This document shows positions 1-14,159 of a DNA stretch of 64,000 nt, in pieces (the stretch's first letter is position 1; the number at the start of each line of letters is the position of its first letter). The notes beneath the pieces are model-generated. The model saw only the letters and a list, made by a program, of their open reading frames with translations. It searched no databases and was not told the DNA's origin. This stretch comes from Selaginella moellendorffii (Eukaryota; Plantae; Lycopodiophyta): positions 584,883-648,882 of the forward strand of contig NW_003314361.1 of the NCBI RefSeq assembly GCF_000143415.4. The letters are read 5' to 3'. Position numbers and translations under genes: made by a program.

Positions 1-1312
<1,312 letters not shown>

Positions 1313-1340
1313 CTAGACCAGCTTTCGTTGTAGAGAACCG

Positions 1341-2522
1341 CTATTTCTTGAAGCTCTTCTTCTTCACGTAAACCGTAAAGCTACCTGGAAACTCGTAAGT
1401 TCCATCTCTCAGCTCCCTCTGCGTCTTGTAGAACCAGTCCATCTTGATGTTGTCGATGGGTATCGTCGTGCAATCTGTACCCGGTCCCATCTTTCTGGCC
1501 TTCACCACCCTGTAAGCGTAGAGCAGCACGTCGATGTCCGAGATATACTCGATCGTGTTCCTGTAAATCCCATCCGCATCCGGCTTCATGGTCGACAGCT
1601 TCGCTTTCACTCGCTCGATGTGAGGATCCGAGGAGAAGAAGCGAGGCGTGTAGTCGTACTTGTTTGCGATCCTCAAGTACTTGTCTAGCTCCCCGCGGAA
1701 GTATCTCATCCTCTCCTCGCTGGTGGCGTTCTTGGGCATCGTCTTGTAGTGCAAGCTCTCGTTGGGATTGGGATCCAGTCCACTTCGTTGGCCCTTGGGA
1801 CGATCCCTCACAAAGTCGAGATCTTCGTCCTTGACATCCGTGGTCATGCTAAACTGGCGCTTGAGCTCGGCCCACTTGTCGAAAGGTATGTCCCCTCGCA
1901 GCTTCTCAACGTCGAAGTCATCAACGTCCAAGTCGTCGTCCTTCTTCCTCTTCTTCGGCATGGAATCGTGTTGCTTCTTCATCTCGATCCAGTCCTCGTA
2001 CGAAACTCCAGCTCTCGCGAACGGCGAGAACTTGTAGTCCGTCGAGAAGGAGTAATCCACGTCCTCGTCGTCCTCCGTGTCCACCTCCGAGTCCGAGCTG
2101 GGCTTGTAATTCTTGTCGAAAAAGCCGTAGAACTTTGTCTCGGTGGTGGGCTTCGGGAACTCGTAAGTTGGATCCAGATTCTTGGCGCCGTCCGGATCCT
2201 CGTCCCATACCTCGGGATCGATATCCAAGTCCTCATCGTCGTCCACTTCCTCTTCTTCATCGAAATCCTCGCTATCGCTACGCGAGTAGCTGCGGGAAAA
2301 ACCTGGAATAAAGAAAATCCATATCTAAGGCCGGATCAAAAATTTCTTCACGCATACCGAGTGATAGAGACGATGGAATCGTGGCGATCGCGCCGCGCAT
2401 GGACCTGTGCGGCTAATCCATTCAGACCTAGGCGCTAGAAAATCCGAAAAGCTGCTCGCTTACCTTGCGATCGACAATGTAGGGCGATAGCGCCATGGAA
2501 GTCGCCATAGCCGCGCTAGCAT
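1341..2522 (-). CDS. Predicted mitochondrion-targeted acidic protein (~355 aa) with C-terminal group II intron maturase RT0-like domain; exons 2522-2464, 2404-2358, 2302-1341
   Basis: Splicing two GT-AG introns gives MLARLWRLPWRYRPTLSIARSMRGAIATIPSSLSLGFSRSYS (Arg-rich, no acidic residues, R-x-Y-S cleavage-like site). C-terminus ISDIDVLLYAYRVVKARKMGPGTD...WFYKTQRELRDGTYEFPGSFTVYVKK resembles intron-encoded RT0 (LxxAYxxVKxN..PGxD..LRxGxYxP....VYIPK). Confidence 0.7.
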
Positions 2523-2775
2523 TGAGCTTGGCGAAATAAAACCCTACACCCTCTCTTCCCTGCCACGTCGGAGGCTATCCAAATTGCTAATAGGCAATCC
2601 TCAAGTCCACGTGGCAGATTGCGAGTGGCCGAGAGCATTGAAAGAAATCTTCATACTATGCCACAGAAGTGAATTTGTGGCTGGGCAGCGCGCAAAGACA
2701 AGCTCGTTGCTCGCGCTCCCTAGGGTTCTTAGCGCCGGCATTCTCGATTCCCATCGTTCGATCGCTCGATCGAGC
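2523..2775. promoter_or_regulatory. Short divergent promoter with G-box-like sites and a telo-box
   Basis: AAACCCTA at 2539, GCCACGTC at 2562, CCACGTGGC at 2607, between start codons 2522(-) and 2776(+). Confidence 0.55.
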
Positions 2776-3768
2776 ATGGCAGCCGCCGTGGTGGCCACAG
2801 GGATCGACGCCGCCACCAGCTGGAAGCAGCAGCTGGTGTTTGGGAATGGCATCAGGGTTTCCAGCTCCTCCGCCGCTCTGCCATCGCCGCGCAAGGTCTC
2901 CAGATTCGTGGTGAGGGCCACATCGGACAAGCCAGCCACGGTAATGTGGTCCTTCCCCTGTTTCATCGATGCTATGCTACATTGTGGAAATTTGGAGAGA
3001 TTGATGGAGATGTGCTCGTTCTTGTGTGCCAGAAAGCGAATAGGCAGCTGTGGTTCGCGTCGTCGCAAAGCTTGTCCTACCTAGATGGAACGTAAGCTCT
3101 CTAGAATCCATTCCATTCGTGAAGAGTTTGATCGATTCCTGGACAGGCTTCCCGGAGACTATGGCTTCGATCCCTTGGGCCTCTCCGACCCGGCGGGAGC
3201 TGGAAACTTCATGACTCCCAACTGGTTGTCCTACGCGGAGATCATCAATGGCCGCTACGCGATGCTGGGAGCCGCGGGAGCCATCGCTCCGGAGATCTTT
3301 GGCAAGATTGGGATCATCCCACAGCAGACTGCAGTGGTGTGGTTCAAGACCGGCGTCTTCCCTCCCGCTGGAACTTACAACTACTGGGCCGACCCCTACA
3401 CCTTGTTCTTCCTGGAGATGGCGCTCATGGGCTTCGCCGAGCACCGGCGAGCGCAGGACTACTACAAGCCCGGCTCCATGGGGAAGCAGTACTTCCTGGG
3501 ATTCGAGAAGTACCTGGGAGGCTCGGGGGATCCAGCGTACCCGGGAGGGATCTTCAATCCTTTTGGATTCGGCAAGGACGAGAAGTCGATGCGGACGCTC
3601 AAGATCAAGGAGGTGAAGAATGGGAGGCTGGCGATGCTGGCGATTCTGGGCTACTTCATCCAGGCACCCTTCACAGGCGTCGGTCCGTTCCAAAACTTGC
3701 TCGATCATCTCGCGGATCCATTCGCGAACAACATCCTCACGAACTTGAAAGTTTACAGCACTTTCTAA
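2776..3768 (+). CDS. LHCA3: Photosystem I light-harvesting protein Lhca3; introns 2941-3032 and 3092-3146
   Basis: Transit peptide, [78 protein letters not shown]. Confidence 0.95.
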
Positions 3769-3979
3769 GCGCTCATAACGCTTGTTCTTCTTCGCTGTCA
3801 TCTTTCTTTAGAAACCGGATATCATGCCAAGAACATTTACATGTTCCTCAATGTAACTATATCTTTGTGAATGATAAAAAATTGGTTTTGATGGTAATGC
3901 CATATCTTTGTGAATGATAAAAGTTTGGTTATGATGGTAAAATTGTGGTTTTTGGAACAAATCTACCAGCAGGAAAATC

Positions 3980-6900
3980 TCAGAGCTTGCTGCGCGCCAT
4001 TTGTGCTCGAAGGACTCTTCGCATGATTTTGTTTGACGCTGTGCGAGGAAATTCCGGACGAAGAACCACCGCATGGACCTTTCAAAAAAAAAAAAAAAAA
4101 CAAAAATCAAATTTTACGCAAGGAACTTTCTTCTTTTTTTTTTTCTCGTGCTCACTCACCTTGAACAAAGGATTTAAGTTGTCATGGAGAGCCTTCAAGA
4201 AGATCCTCTTGAGCATTTCTGGGTGATTTTCACCTGGTGGAAGAGCACCTTTGAGAACCGCAGCGACGATCAAGTTGTCGGGGCCGCCGCCTTTTCCTTG
4301 AGGCATGGCTATGGCTGCGGTCTCAAGAACGCTGCTGTGCGCGGTATTGCAAACACGCTCGATCTCCACAGAACTCACCTGCGTCATAAGAACAGTCGAT
4401 CATCAACCAGAGAGCCTGGAGAAAAACGAAACAAAACAGACTCTTTTTTCTTACTTTGATGCCTCCAAGGTTCATGGTATCGTCTGCTCGACCTTTAGCT
4501 TTGTAGAAGCCTCCGGCTATTCGCTCAAACACGTCGCCATGCCTCCGAAGTTGCTAGACACGCGAAGAACTTCAGGAACTTCACGATGATAAATCTTCTG
4601 AAAGGTACTTACAATCCCATTGATCACAGGCATGCCTTCGAAGTAGACTTTGTGATGATCAGCGTTTAACAGCGTGTATGAAGCTCCAAGAAGCTTGGGG
4701 AAGAGAGCAATCTCTCCAGAGCAAGGCTGGTCATCTGGCTGGAAAGTTTTCCAAACGTTTATGCTGATCGATTTACAAACGGAATGAAAGCTTACGTATG
4801 GTCTTCCGGAATCATCAAGAAGAACAAAGGCTGCCGTCAAGCTCGGAGTGCTGAAAGCTGCAAAGGCCTGCGGTTGGAGCAGTGATCCGTGAAGGAAAGC
4901 AGAGCCAAGCTCGGTTCCACCACAACACTCTAGAATTGGTTTATACCAAGCTCTTGCGCTGAGCCACAGATCGTCATCGATACTAGAAGCCTCACCAGTT
5001 GTTCCGAACGATCTGCCGCAAAAAACAAATTTTTTAAAGAGTTGCACAAACTCTCTCGGTCATCCTATAGATTACCTGATACTCGACCAGTCGAGTGAAT
5101 CCATGCAGTTGACCTTCTTCCAAGTTTTTACCATGCTCGGCACGGTTCCCAGAATCGTAACTCTTGCATCCTGTGCAGAAACATCTCAAGAAAGAAGATA
5201 AAAAACGATTTTTTTCACCTGGACAAACCTTCCGAAAGATCGTCCGAGAGGAGACCCGTTGTAAAGTGCCATTGTTGCTCCAGAGAGTAGACAAGCAGAG
5301 ATAATATAAGGTCCCACCATCCATCCCAGATTCGTTGGCCAGCAGTAAATATCACCAGCTTGGAGATCGAAGTGTGCCCATGAATCGGCAGCACATCTCA
5401 TGGGAGTTGTCTGGTTCCACGGGATTGCTTTTGGCTCGGCTGAATGGAAGCACGAATCTCAGAAAAGAAAACAACACCAACTTTGTAGAGTTTGGAGAGT
5501 TTTTTCATTCAGACCTGTAGTGCCTGAAGAGAAGAGTATGTTTGTCCATGACTCGACGGGTAATTGCACAGCTGGGAACTCGTCTCCAGATCTGCAAATG
5601 AATCTGAGTGACAATGCTCCAAGGTTTTCGATAGTTTCCCTGTACCTGTTTGTGCCGTTTCCATTTGCAAAGAACTCCTCCCAAGAAACGTCTTGGTTTC
5701 TGATTGGAACGCGCACTGATTTTCCATCCGATGGAAGGACGACTGCCTTTGGTGGTTTAGCTCCCAGAACTCGACTTCATAGAAAACTGGATCACGCAAA
5801 ACCTGAAAGATATGACTTTGCTCTTTACCTGTACAACGGGATTGCTTTACCACCTCTCACTATCACATCCTGTAGAAGCTCTGGTAACAGCTGAAAACGT
5901 GAAAGTTTTGGAAATCACCTGAGTGAAGATCCCCTTTGCTTTGGAGATCGCCAGGCGAGCAGCGATCTCCGAGGAAACAAAGCTGTCAGCTATTGACACT
6001 ACCACGCAGCCCGCGAGAATTATGGCCAAGTAGATGATAACAGCGTGGATGTGCATTGGCATGTCGATGGCGATTCGATCTCCTCTTTGGAAACCGGCAG
6101 CTTGAAGCGAGAATGCCACTCGGCTGCAAGAGAAAAAAGAAAACGAAAGAAAGGAAGAACGTAAGTTCCTAGTAAACTATGGATGAATGGAACTTAAATT
6201 CACCTGACATGGTGCCGAAGCTCCCAAAGTTTCATTGTGCTGGGAGGCAAATCATCTCCACCTTCGTCTCTCCATTTAATGGCGATTCTATCGTCCGTCT
6301 TTCCGATACTTGGCTTTGGTAGCAAGCAACAGTGAGCAACGTTCAAGACAGCACCGGGTAGCCATTTTCCTGCTGGACGTGACGAATCACTCGAGTCCAC
6401 CATTTGTTTGGGTTCCACAGAAAAATGCAAGCTCAGCTTCTCAAACGCAATGGACCAGAAAATCTGAGAAGTTGGAATGAAAAGTTTAGAGCAATGGAGG
6501 AACGAGAAAGAAATGGTTTTTTCACCTCCGGATGCTGAACCGAGAACTTGTAGAAGTTTGTAAAGCTCGCGATTGGATCAACGTGTGCCTTATTGCCGAG
6601 AAGTTCGTTTCCACGAGCCTCGAGGAGCTGTCCAATGCTCGTACTCCTTGCGATCTCCCTGTAACTTTGAGCGATCAAAAAAGAAAAAAAATGCAAGAAA
6701 ACTTATACAGCGATGGAAACCAATACGGTGGTGGACCGCATTGCAACTCGTCCCAATTCTTGTAGATCGAGTAGTACATGAGCTGATGGAGTGCGTGAGG
6801 ATGTCGAGGCGTGAGCAAACTTTGAGATACAAGCCTCCATATCGACTCGAGTTTTCCAAATCCTGCCCTTTGCAACGCTACCTGGAGCTCCTGGTAGAAG

Positions 6901-6986
6901 TGTAGAGCCTCGGATGGTTCTAGCCCCGCGCTCTCGAGATCGCCCACATCCAGTTCTTCGACACTCTTGGCACCAAAGCCTTCCAT
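3980..6986 (-). CDS. Peroxisomal acyl-activating enzyme (AAE17/18-like), copy 1, multi-exon
   Basis: AMP-binding motif [40 protein letters not shown]; last exon [23 protein letters not shown] ends in PTS1 SKL. Confidence 0.9.
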
Positions 6987-7045
6987 CTCCAAGCAAAGAA
7001 AACCCTTTGGAGCTCATCATCTTTGGCGAGAGCTTAATAATTATA

Positions 7046-7114
7046 CTCGATCATCTTGCGGATCCATTCGCAAACAACATCCTCACGAACTTGAAAGTTT
7101 ACAGCACTTTCTAA
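7046..7114 (+). pseudogene. Duplicated 3' fragment of LHCA3 ([22 protein letters not shown])
   Basis: Near-identical to 3700-3768; no upstream exons. Confidence 0.9.
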
Positions 7115-7327
7115 GCGCTCATAACGCTTGTTCTTCTTCTCTGTCATCGTTCATTAGAAACCGGATATCATGCCAAGAACATTTACATGTTCCTCAATGT
7201 AACTATATCTTTGTGAATGATAAAAAAACTGGTTTTGATGGTAATGCCATATCCTTGTGAATGAAAAAATTTTGCTTTTGATGGTAAAAATGTGGTTTTT
7301 TGGAACAAATCCACCAGCAGGAAAATC

Positions 7328-10300
7328 TCAGAGTTTGCTGCGCGCCATTTGTGCTCGAAGGACTCTTCGCATGATTTTGTTTGACGCTGTGCGAGGAAAT
7401 TCCGGAAGAAGAACCACCGCATGGACCTTTCAAACAAAATAAAAAATAAAAAATAATCAAATTTTACGCAAGGAACTTTTTTTTTTTTTTTATGTGCTCA
7501 CTCACCTTGAACAAAGGATTTAAGTTGTCATGGAGAGCCTTCGAGAAGATCCTCTTGAGCATTTCTGGGTGATTTTCACCTGGTGGAAGAGCACCTTTGA
7601 GAACCGCAGCGACGATCAAGTTGTCGGGGCCGCCGCCTTTTCCTTGAGGCATGGCTATGGCTGCGGTCTCAAGAACGCTGCTGTGCGCGGTATTGCAAAC
7701 TCGCTCGATCTCCACAGAACTCACCTGCGTCATAAGAACAGTCGATCATCAACCAGAGAACCTGGAGAAAAACGAAACAAAACAGACTCTTTTTTCCTAC
7801 TTTGACGCCTCCAAGGTTCATAGTATCGTCTGCTCGACCTTTAGCTTTGTAGAAGCCTCCGGCCATTCGCTCAAACACGTCGCCATGCCTCCGAAGTTGC
7901 TAGACACGCGAAGAACTTCAGGAACTTCACGATGATAAATCTTCTGAAAAGTACTTACAATCCCATTGATCACAGGCATGCCTTCGAAGTAGACTTTGTG
8001 ATGATCAGCGTTTAACAGCGTGTATGAAGCTCCAAGAAGCTTGGGGAAGAGAGCAATCTCTCCAGAGCAAGGCTGGTCATCTGGCTGGAAAGTTTTCCAA
8101 ACGTTTATGCTGATCGATTTACAAACGGAATGAAAGCTTACGTATGGTCTTCCGGAATCATCAAGAAGAACAAAGGCCGTTGTCAAGCTCGGAGTGCTGA
8201 AAGCTGCGAAGGCCTGCGGTTGGAGCAGTGATCCGTGAAGGAAAGCAGAGCCAAGCTCGGTTCCACCACAACACTCTAGAATTGGTTTATACCAAGCTCT
8301 TGCGCTGAGCCACAGATCGTCATCGATACTAGAAGCCTCACCAGTTGTTCCGAACGATCTGCCGCAAAAAACAAATTTTTTAAAGAGTTGCACAAACTCT
8401 CTCGGTCATCCTATAGATTACCTGATACTCGACCAGTCGAGTGAATCCATGCAGTTGACCTTCTTCCAAGTTTTTACCATGCTCGGCACGGTTCCCAGAA
8501 TCGTAACTCTTGCATCCTGTGCAGAAACATCTCAAGAAAGAAGATAAAAAACGATTTTTTTCACCTGGACAAACCTTCCGAAAGATCGTCCGAGAGGAGA
8601 CCCGTTGTAAAGTGCCATTGTTGCTCCAGAGAGTAGACAAGCAGAGATAATATAAGGTCCCACCATCCATCCCAGATTCGTTGGCCAGCAGTAAATATCA
8701 CCAGCTTGGAGATCGAAGTGTGCCCATGAATCGGCAGCACATCTCATGGGAGTTGTCTGGTTCCACGGGATTGCTTTTGGCTCGGCTGAATGGAAGCACG
8801 AATCTCAGAAAAGAAAACAACACCAACTTTGTAGAGTTTGGAGAGTTTTTTCATTCAGACCTGTAGTGCCTGAAGAGAAGAGTATGTTTGTCCATGACTC
8901 GACGGGTAATTGCACAGCTGGGAACTCGTCTCCAGATCTGCAAATGAATCTGAGTGACAATGCTCCAAGGTTTTCGATAGTTTCCCTGTACCTGTTTGTG
9001 CCGTTTCCATTTGCAAAGAACTCCTCCCAAGAAACGTCTTGGTTTCTGATTGGAACGCGCACTGATTTTCCATCCGATGGAAGGACGACTGCCTTTGGTG
9101 GTTTAGCTCCCAGAACTCGACTTCATAGAAAACTGGATCACGCAAAACCTGAAAGATATGACTTTGCTCTTTACCTGTACAACGGGATTGCTTTACCACC
9201 TCTCACTATCACATCCTGTAGAAGCTCTGGTAACAGCTGAAAACGTGAAAGTTTTGGAAATCACCTGAGTGAAGATCCCCTTTGCTTTGGAGATCGCCAG
9301 GCGAGCAGCGATCTCCGAGGAAACAAAGCTGTCAGCTATTGACACTACCACGCAGCCCGCGAGAATTATGGCCAAGTAGATGATAACAGCGTGGATGTGC
9401 ATTGGCATGTCGATGGCGATTCGATCTCCTCTTTGGAAACCGGCAGCTTGAAGCGAGAATGCCACTCGGCTGCAAGAGAAAAAAGAAAACGAAAGAAAGG
9501 AAGAACGTAAGTTCCTAGTAAACTATGGATGAATGGAACTTAAATTCACCTGACATGGTGCCGAAGCTCCGAGAGTTTCATTGTGCTGGGAGGCAAATCA
9601 TCTCCACCTTCGTCTCTCCATATAATGGCGATACTATCGTCCGTCTTTCCGATACTCGGCTTTGGTAGCAAGCAACACTGAGCAATGTTCAAGACAGCAC
9701 CGGGTAGCCATTTTCCTGCTGGACGTGACGAATCACTCGAGTCCACCATTTGTTTGGGTTCCACAGAAAAATGCAAGCTCAGCTTCTCAAACGCAATGGA
9801 CCAGAAAATCTGAGAAGTTGGAATGAAAAGTTTAGAGCTATGGAGGAACGAGAAAGAAATGGTTTTTTCACCTCCGGATGCTGAACCGAGAACTTGTAGA
9901 AGTTTGTAAAGCTCGCGATTGGATCAACGTATGCCTTATTGCCGAGAAGTTCGTTTCCACGAGCCTCGAGGAGCTGTCCAATGCTCGTACTCCTTGCGAA
10001 CTCCCTGTAACTTTGAGCGATCAAAGAAGAAAAAAAATGCAAGAAAACTTATACAGCGATGGAAACCAATACGGTGGTGGACCGCATTGCAACTCGTCCC
10101 AATTCTTGTAGATCGAGTAGTACATGAGCTGATGGAGTGCGTGAGGATGTCGAGGCGTGAGCAAACTTTGAGATACAAGCCTCCATATCGACTCGAGTTT
10201 TCCAAATCCTGCCCTTTGCAACGCTACCTGGAGCTCCTGGTAGAAGTGCAGAGCCTCGGATGGTTCTAGCCCCGCGCTCTCGAGATCGCCCACATCCAGT

Positions 10301-10332
10301 TCTTCGACACTCTTGGCACCAAAGCCTTCCAT
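7328..10332 (-). CDS. Peroxisomal acyl-activating enzyme (AAE17/18-like), copy 2, multi-exon
   Basis: Same motifs as copy 1; ends AGC AAA CTC TGA (SKL*). Confidence 0.9.
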
Positions 10333-10482
10333 CTCCAAGCAAAGAAAACCCTTTGGAGCTCATCATCTTTGGCGTGAGAGCTTATTAATTTGTCTAGGTC
10401 TAAGCTTACCGGCCAGTCCAACGATAAAATCACCCAAGATCATACTTTGGTGTTCTTGGTCTATACTATAGATAACGTTTCA

Positions 10483-12349
10483 ATGGCGATTCTCGAGGTT
10501 CTAGCTCCAGATATTACATGGCAGAGCCCATGGAAATCCTTGTGGGCGACCAGCAACCATAGCGTCCCACTCGCATTCTCTAGAAGAACCACGAGAAAAG
10601 GTAGAGTAGCGCATCCAAGGCACATAGCTGTAGTCACGAGAGCCACTTCGTCTAGGGAGAAAGAAGAAGCTCTAGAGCAAACCAAGCGCTCGACATGGTT
10701 CGATTGGAACAGCGAGTGGTACCCGGTAGCGATCGAGCAAGAACTAGACAAGGGAGTTCCTCACGCTGTCACGATTCTTGGAAATGAATTGGTTGTGTGG
10801 TGGGATAGGAACGGGAAGAACTGGCAAGTTTTCAGTGACAAGTGCCCGCACAGGCTAGCTCCATTGTCCGAGGGAAGAATCGCGGAGAATGGTCACATCC
10901 AATGCAGTTACCACGGATGGATGTTTGCTCCAGGAACTGGATCGTGCTCTCGGATCCCTCAAGCCCAGCCTGGAGACTTAAGTGTAAGATTGTTTCTTTC
11001 CAAAGTTCTTGGATGTTTTTTTCTCTCCAAAGTTTAGTTCTTGGACGTGCTTCTCTCCAAAGTTCTTGGATGATCAAAAACTTCTTTTTTATCTTTCCAG
11101 GCTGCTAGATCGCCTCGCGCTTGTGCGACGGTCTATCCTAGCATGGAGCAGCAGGGGATTTTGTGGATGAACTTCAGCGCTAGCGCGTCTTCGCAGATCA
11201 AGCCACCTTTCTTTCCAGTTCTCGAGGACGCTGATTTTGTTCACTACTGGGCTACGAGTGATGTTCCCTACGGGTAAAAGCAAAGGTCTCGAGATTCTCA
11301 CCAAAGTTCTTATGCTCTTCCAAGGTACGAGGCATTGATAGAGAACCTCATGGATCCTACACACGTTCCATTCGCGCATCACAAGCTCCAAGTATGTTTC
11401 ATCTTGTTCTTTTCACTGATAGTTTTCTCGATCAGGGGAATAGAAACAAAACCGGGCCAGTGAGCTACACCGTGAACAAATTCGATCGGCATGGTTTCAA
11501 AGGTAGCACAGGACGAGGGGACGTAGTTTTCATGCCGCCTCTCTCGTTTGTGATGGAGATAAGAATACCACCCAAGCAAAAGGTTCTTAGCAAGCTTTCG
11601 AGCAAGCTGGTTTCTAAGAATCTCTGGATTGCTCAATGCAGGAAGAGTCGGACAAGATCACATACACCGTGTTCATGTGTGTGCCCGTTCTTCCGGGCAG
11701 AAGCAAAGCCTTCTGGTCCTTCCCGAGGAACTTCGCAAAATCCATCCACTTTTACACCCCGAGATGGCTCGCTCACCTTCGACACATGCTGGTTCTCGAC
11801 TCGGATCTCTATCTTCTCCATATCATGGTAAGTCTTCGCTGCTTCCTCCATGCAATCGATCGATGATCGAACTCTTGGAATCCTTTCATCCTCCAGGAGC
11901 AAAAGCAAGAGCGAAACGAAAGAGAGTTCACACCAACATCGGCCGATGCATTCGTTCTGGGATTTCGAAGATGGCTCAGCGTTTACGCGGGTGGAGCTCC
12001 AGGCTACGCTCCACACATTGATCGAAAGCTTCCATCATCTCCTCCAAAGCCGCAGCTCATGGACAGGTACTCCCTCGTTCTTTCCTGGATTTTCTCAAAG
12101 CTTGCGATCACCACCAGGTATGAGAACCACGTCAAGAGATGCCCGACTTGCATGGCGGCCTTGAGATCCTTCAAGCTGGCCGAGCTGGGGTTGCAAATCG
12201 CGGCGATAGCCACAGTGGCAGTAGCGTCGATTCGCCGTTCTTGGTGGGGGATCTTGGGAGTGTTCTTGTGGATAGCTTCGAGATATACAGCTCGCTTTAT
12301 CCGCAAGAACTATCACTTCCACGACTACAACCATGCCCTGGTTAAATGA
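10483..12349 (+). CDS. PTC52: Chloroplast Rieske oxygenase, PAO/TIC55/PTC52 family (PTC52-like), multi-exon
   Basis: Rieske CPHRLAPLSEG...CSYHGW, mononuclear iron site ENLMDPTHVPFAH, CPTC motif, C-terminal NYHFHDYNHA. Confidence 0.85.
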
Positions 12350-12433
12350 AGAGGAAGATCGATTTGTTCTCTTGCCAAAGCTTGGAAGTTTCTATCCTCG
12401 AGAAATCTAAGATCTGCCCACGATTCAGAAGCA

Positions 12434-14110
12434 ATGGACAATCGCGACCACTGCTTGCATTTGATCCAGTCTTGCGGCAATCTCTCCGCGGCGCTAGATC
12501 TCCACCAGCGATTGATCCAATCCAGCTTGTATCGCGACGACGATGTCTACCTCCTCAACAAGCTCATCGAGATGTACGCTGCCTGTGGCAGCGTGGAGCA
12601 CGCCCGGAGCGTCTTCGATGAGATTCCCACGAAGAATGCCTTCTCCTGGGATCTCCTCCTCCTCGCCTATGCCCGGAATGGGCATATCAAGCAAGCGCAG
12701 CGCATTTTCGACGCAATGCCACACAGGAATCGAATCTCTTGCACTGTTCTTCTCGACGCCTATGCCCGGGAGGGCGATCTTTCCCAAGCCAAGAAGATTT
12801 TTGATTCGATTCCAGAGAAGGATTTGGTTTCCTGTAATGCCATGATCTCGGGATATGCCCAGAACGGGTATCTGGAGGAATCTAGGCTGTTGTTTGGTTC
12901 CATGCCGCAGAGAGACATTGTTTCATGGACTTGCATGATTTACGCTTATTCCCAGTGCGGTAATTTTCAGGAAGCTAAGAACTCGTTTAACTATATGCCA
13001 GAATACAACTTGGTATCCTTGAATGCAATGTTGTCTGCATATGCCAATGGCGGGCATCTTGGTGACACGAAGCGATTCTTTGCACGTATGCCGGCGACGA
13101 ATCTATTGTCTTGGAACTCGCTGCTGCATGCATACGTGAATGGTGGCAGCGAAGTTCAAGCTTGCAAAGTCTTTGAATCGATGCCGGAACAGGACATTGT
13201 TTCATGGACTACCTTGTTGAGCGTATACTCCCGCACTGGGAATAAGCTGGAGGCTGAAACTCTCTACAACAAAATGCCTCATTGGGATCTAGCTTCGTCC
13301 ACAGAAATGCTGAATCTGTTCTCATCCAAAGCTGATTTTGAAGGCTTGCAAAGACTTCTATCCCAGATGCCCATGCTTGATCTTGCAACGTGGAGTTCCA
13401 TGCTTGTGGCTTATGCCCGAAAGGGTCATCTCGAGGAAGCTAAGTTCGTGTTTGATTCGATGCCTTTCAAGGATCTAGTTTGCTGGAATGCCTTACTCAG
13501 TGCATATGCACAGCAAGGAGATTTAACCCAATGCAAGGATTTGTTCGATCAAATGGAGCGCAAAGATGAATTTTCATGGACTACCCTGCTTGCTGCGTAT
13601 GCCCAGAATGGAAACTTGCAACTATCAAAGAGATTGTTTGATGAAATGCCTGTGAGTGACACAGTGTCATGGACATCTATGGTGGCTGCCTTTACGCAAA
13701 ACGCAACACCTCGAGATGCATTGAGTACATATTACAATGCAAACATGGTTGATAGATGTAGCTCTTCTGTGTTCGCATCGGTACTAATCGCTTATAGCGC
13801 TTTAGGAAAGCTGGAGAGTGTATATAGTTGCTTTAGATCTTTAACTCTAGACTATGGTGTGACACCCAGTTTTGAGCATTTTAGTTGCATGATCGATGTG
13901 CTAGCTCGTTCATCTGAGCTTGAGCAAGCCAAAGACCTCATACACAACATGCCTTACACTCCACATATTCTAGATTGGAGGTGTTTTCTTGCTGCTTGTA
14001 GATACCAAAGTGATATTGGATCCGCTGAAACAGCTGTTCATCATCTCATCCAATCTAAAATGAATGATGGGTCAAGCTACATTATGTTTGCAAACATGCT
14101 TGCAAATTAA
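12434..14110 (+). CDS. PLS-class PPR protein (558 aa) with tandem ~31-aa repeats and an E-like C-terminus, no DYW
   Basis: Repeated MP.xD(L/I)VSW..(M/L)..AYA..G units; HFSCMIDVLAR...W..FLAAC...SSYIMFANM. Confidence 0.92.
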   Translation: MDNRDHCLHLIQSCGNLSAALDLHQRLIQSSLYRDDDVYLLNKLIEMYAACGSVEHARSVFDEIPTKNAFSWDLLLLAYARNGHIKQAQRIFDAMPHRNRISCTVLLDAYAREGDLSQAKKIFDSIPEKDLVSCNAMISGYAQNGYLEESRLLFGSMPQRDIVSWTCMIYAYSQCGNFQEAKNSFNYMPEYNLVSLNAMLSAYANGGHLGDTKRFFARMPATNLLSWNSLLHAYVNGGSEVQACKVFESMPEQDIVSWTTLLSVYSRTGNKLEAETLYNKMPHWDLASSTEMLNLFSSKADFEGLQRLLSQMPMLDLATWSSMLVAYARKGHLEEAKFVFDSMPFKDLVCWNALLSAYAQQGDLTQCKDLFDQMERKDEFSWTTLLAAYAQNGNLQLSKRLFDEMPVSDTVSWTSMVAAFTQNATPRDALSTYYNANMVDRCSSSVFASVLIAYSALGKLESVYSCFRSLTLDYGVTPSFEHFSCMIDVLARSSELEQAKDLIHNMPYTPHILDWRCFLAACRYQSDIGSAETAVHHLIQSKMNDGSSYIMFANMLAN

Positions 14111-14159
14111 GATAGGACTTGCTTAATATTGCGTGCAACAACGTTTTGTTTGCTTAATA

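Larger units (their letters stand above)
3700..10390. repeat. Tandem duplication, unit ~3346 bp (3700-7045 and 7046-10390)
   Basis: CTCGATCATCT starts at both 3700 and 7046; near-identical sequence throughout. Confidence 0.97.
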
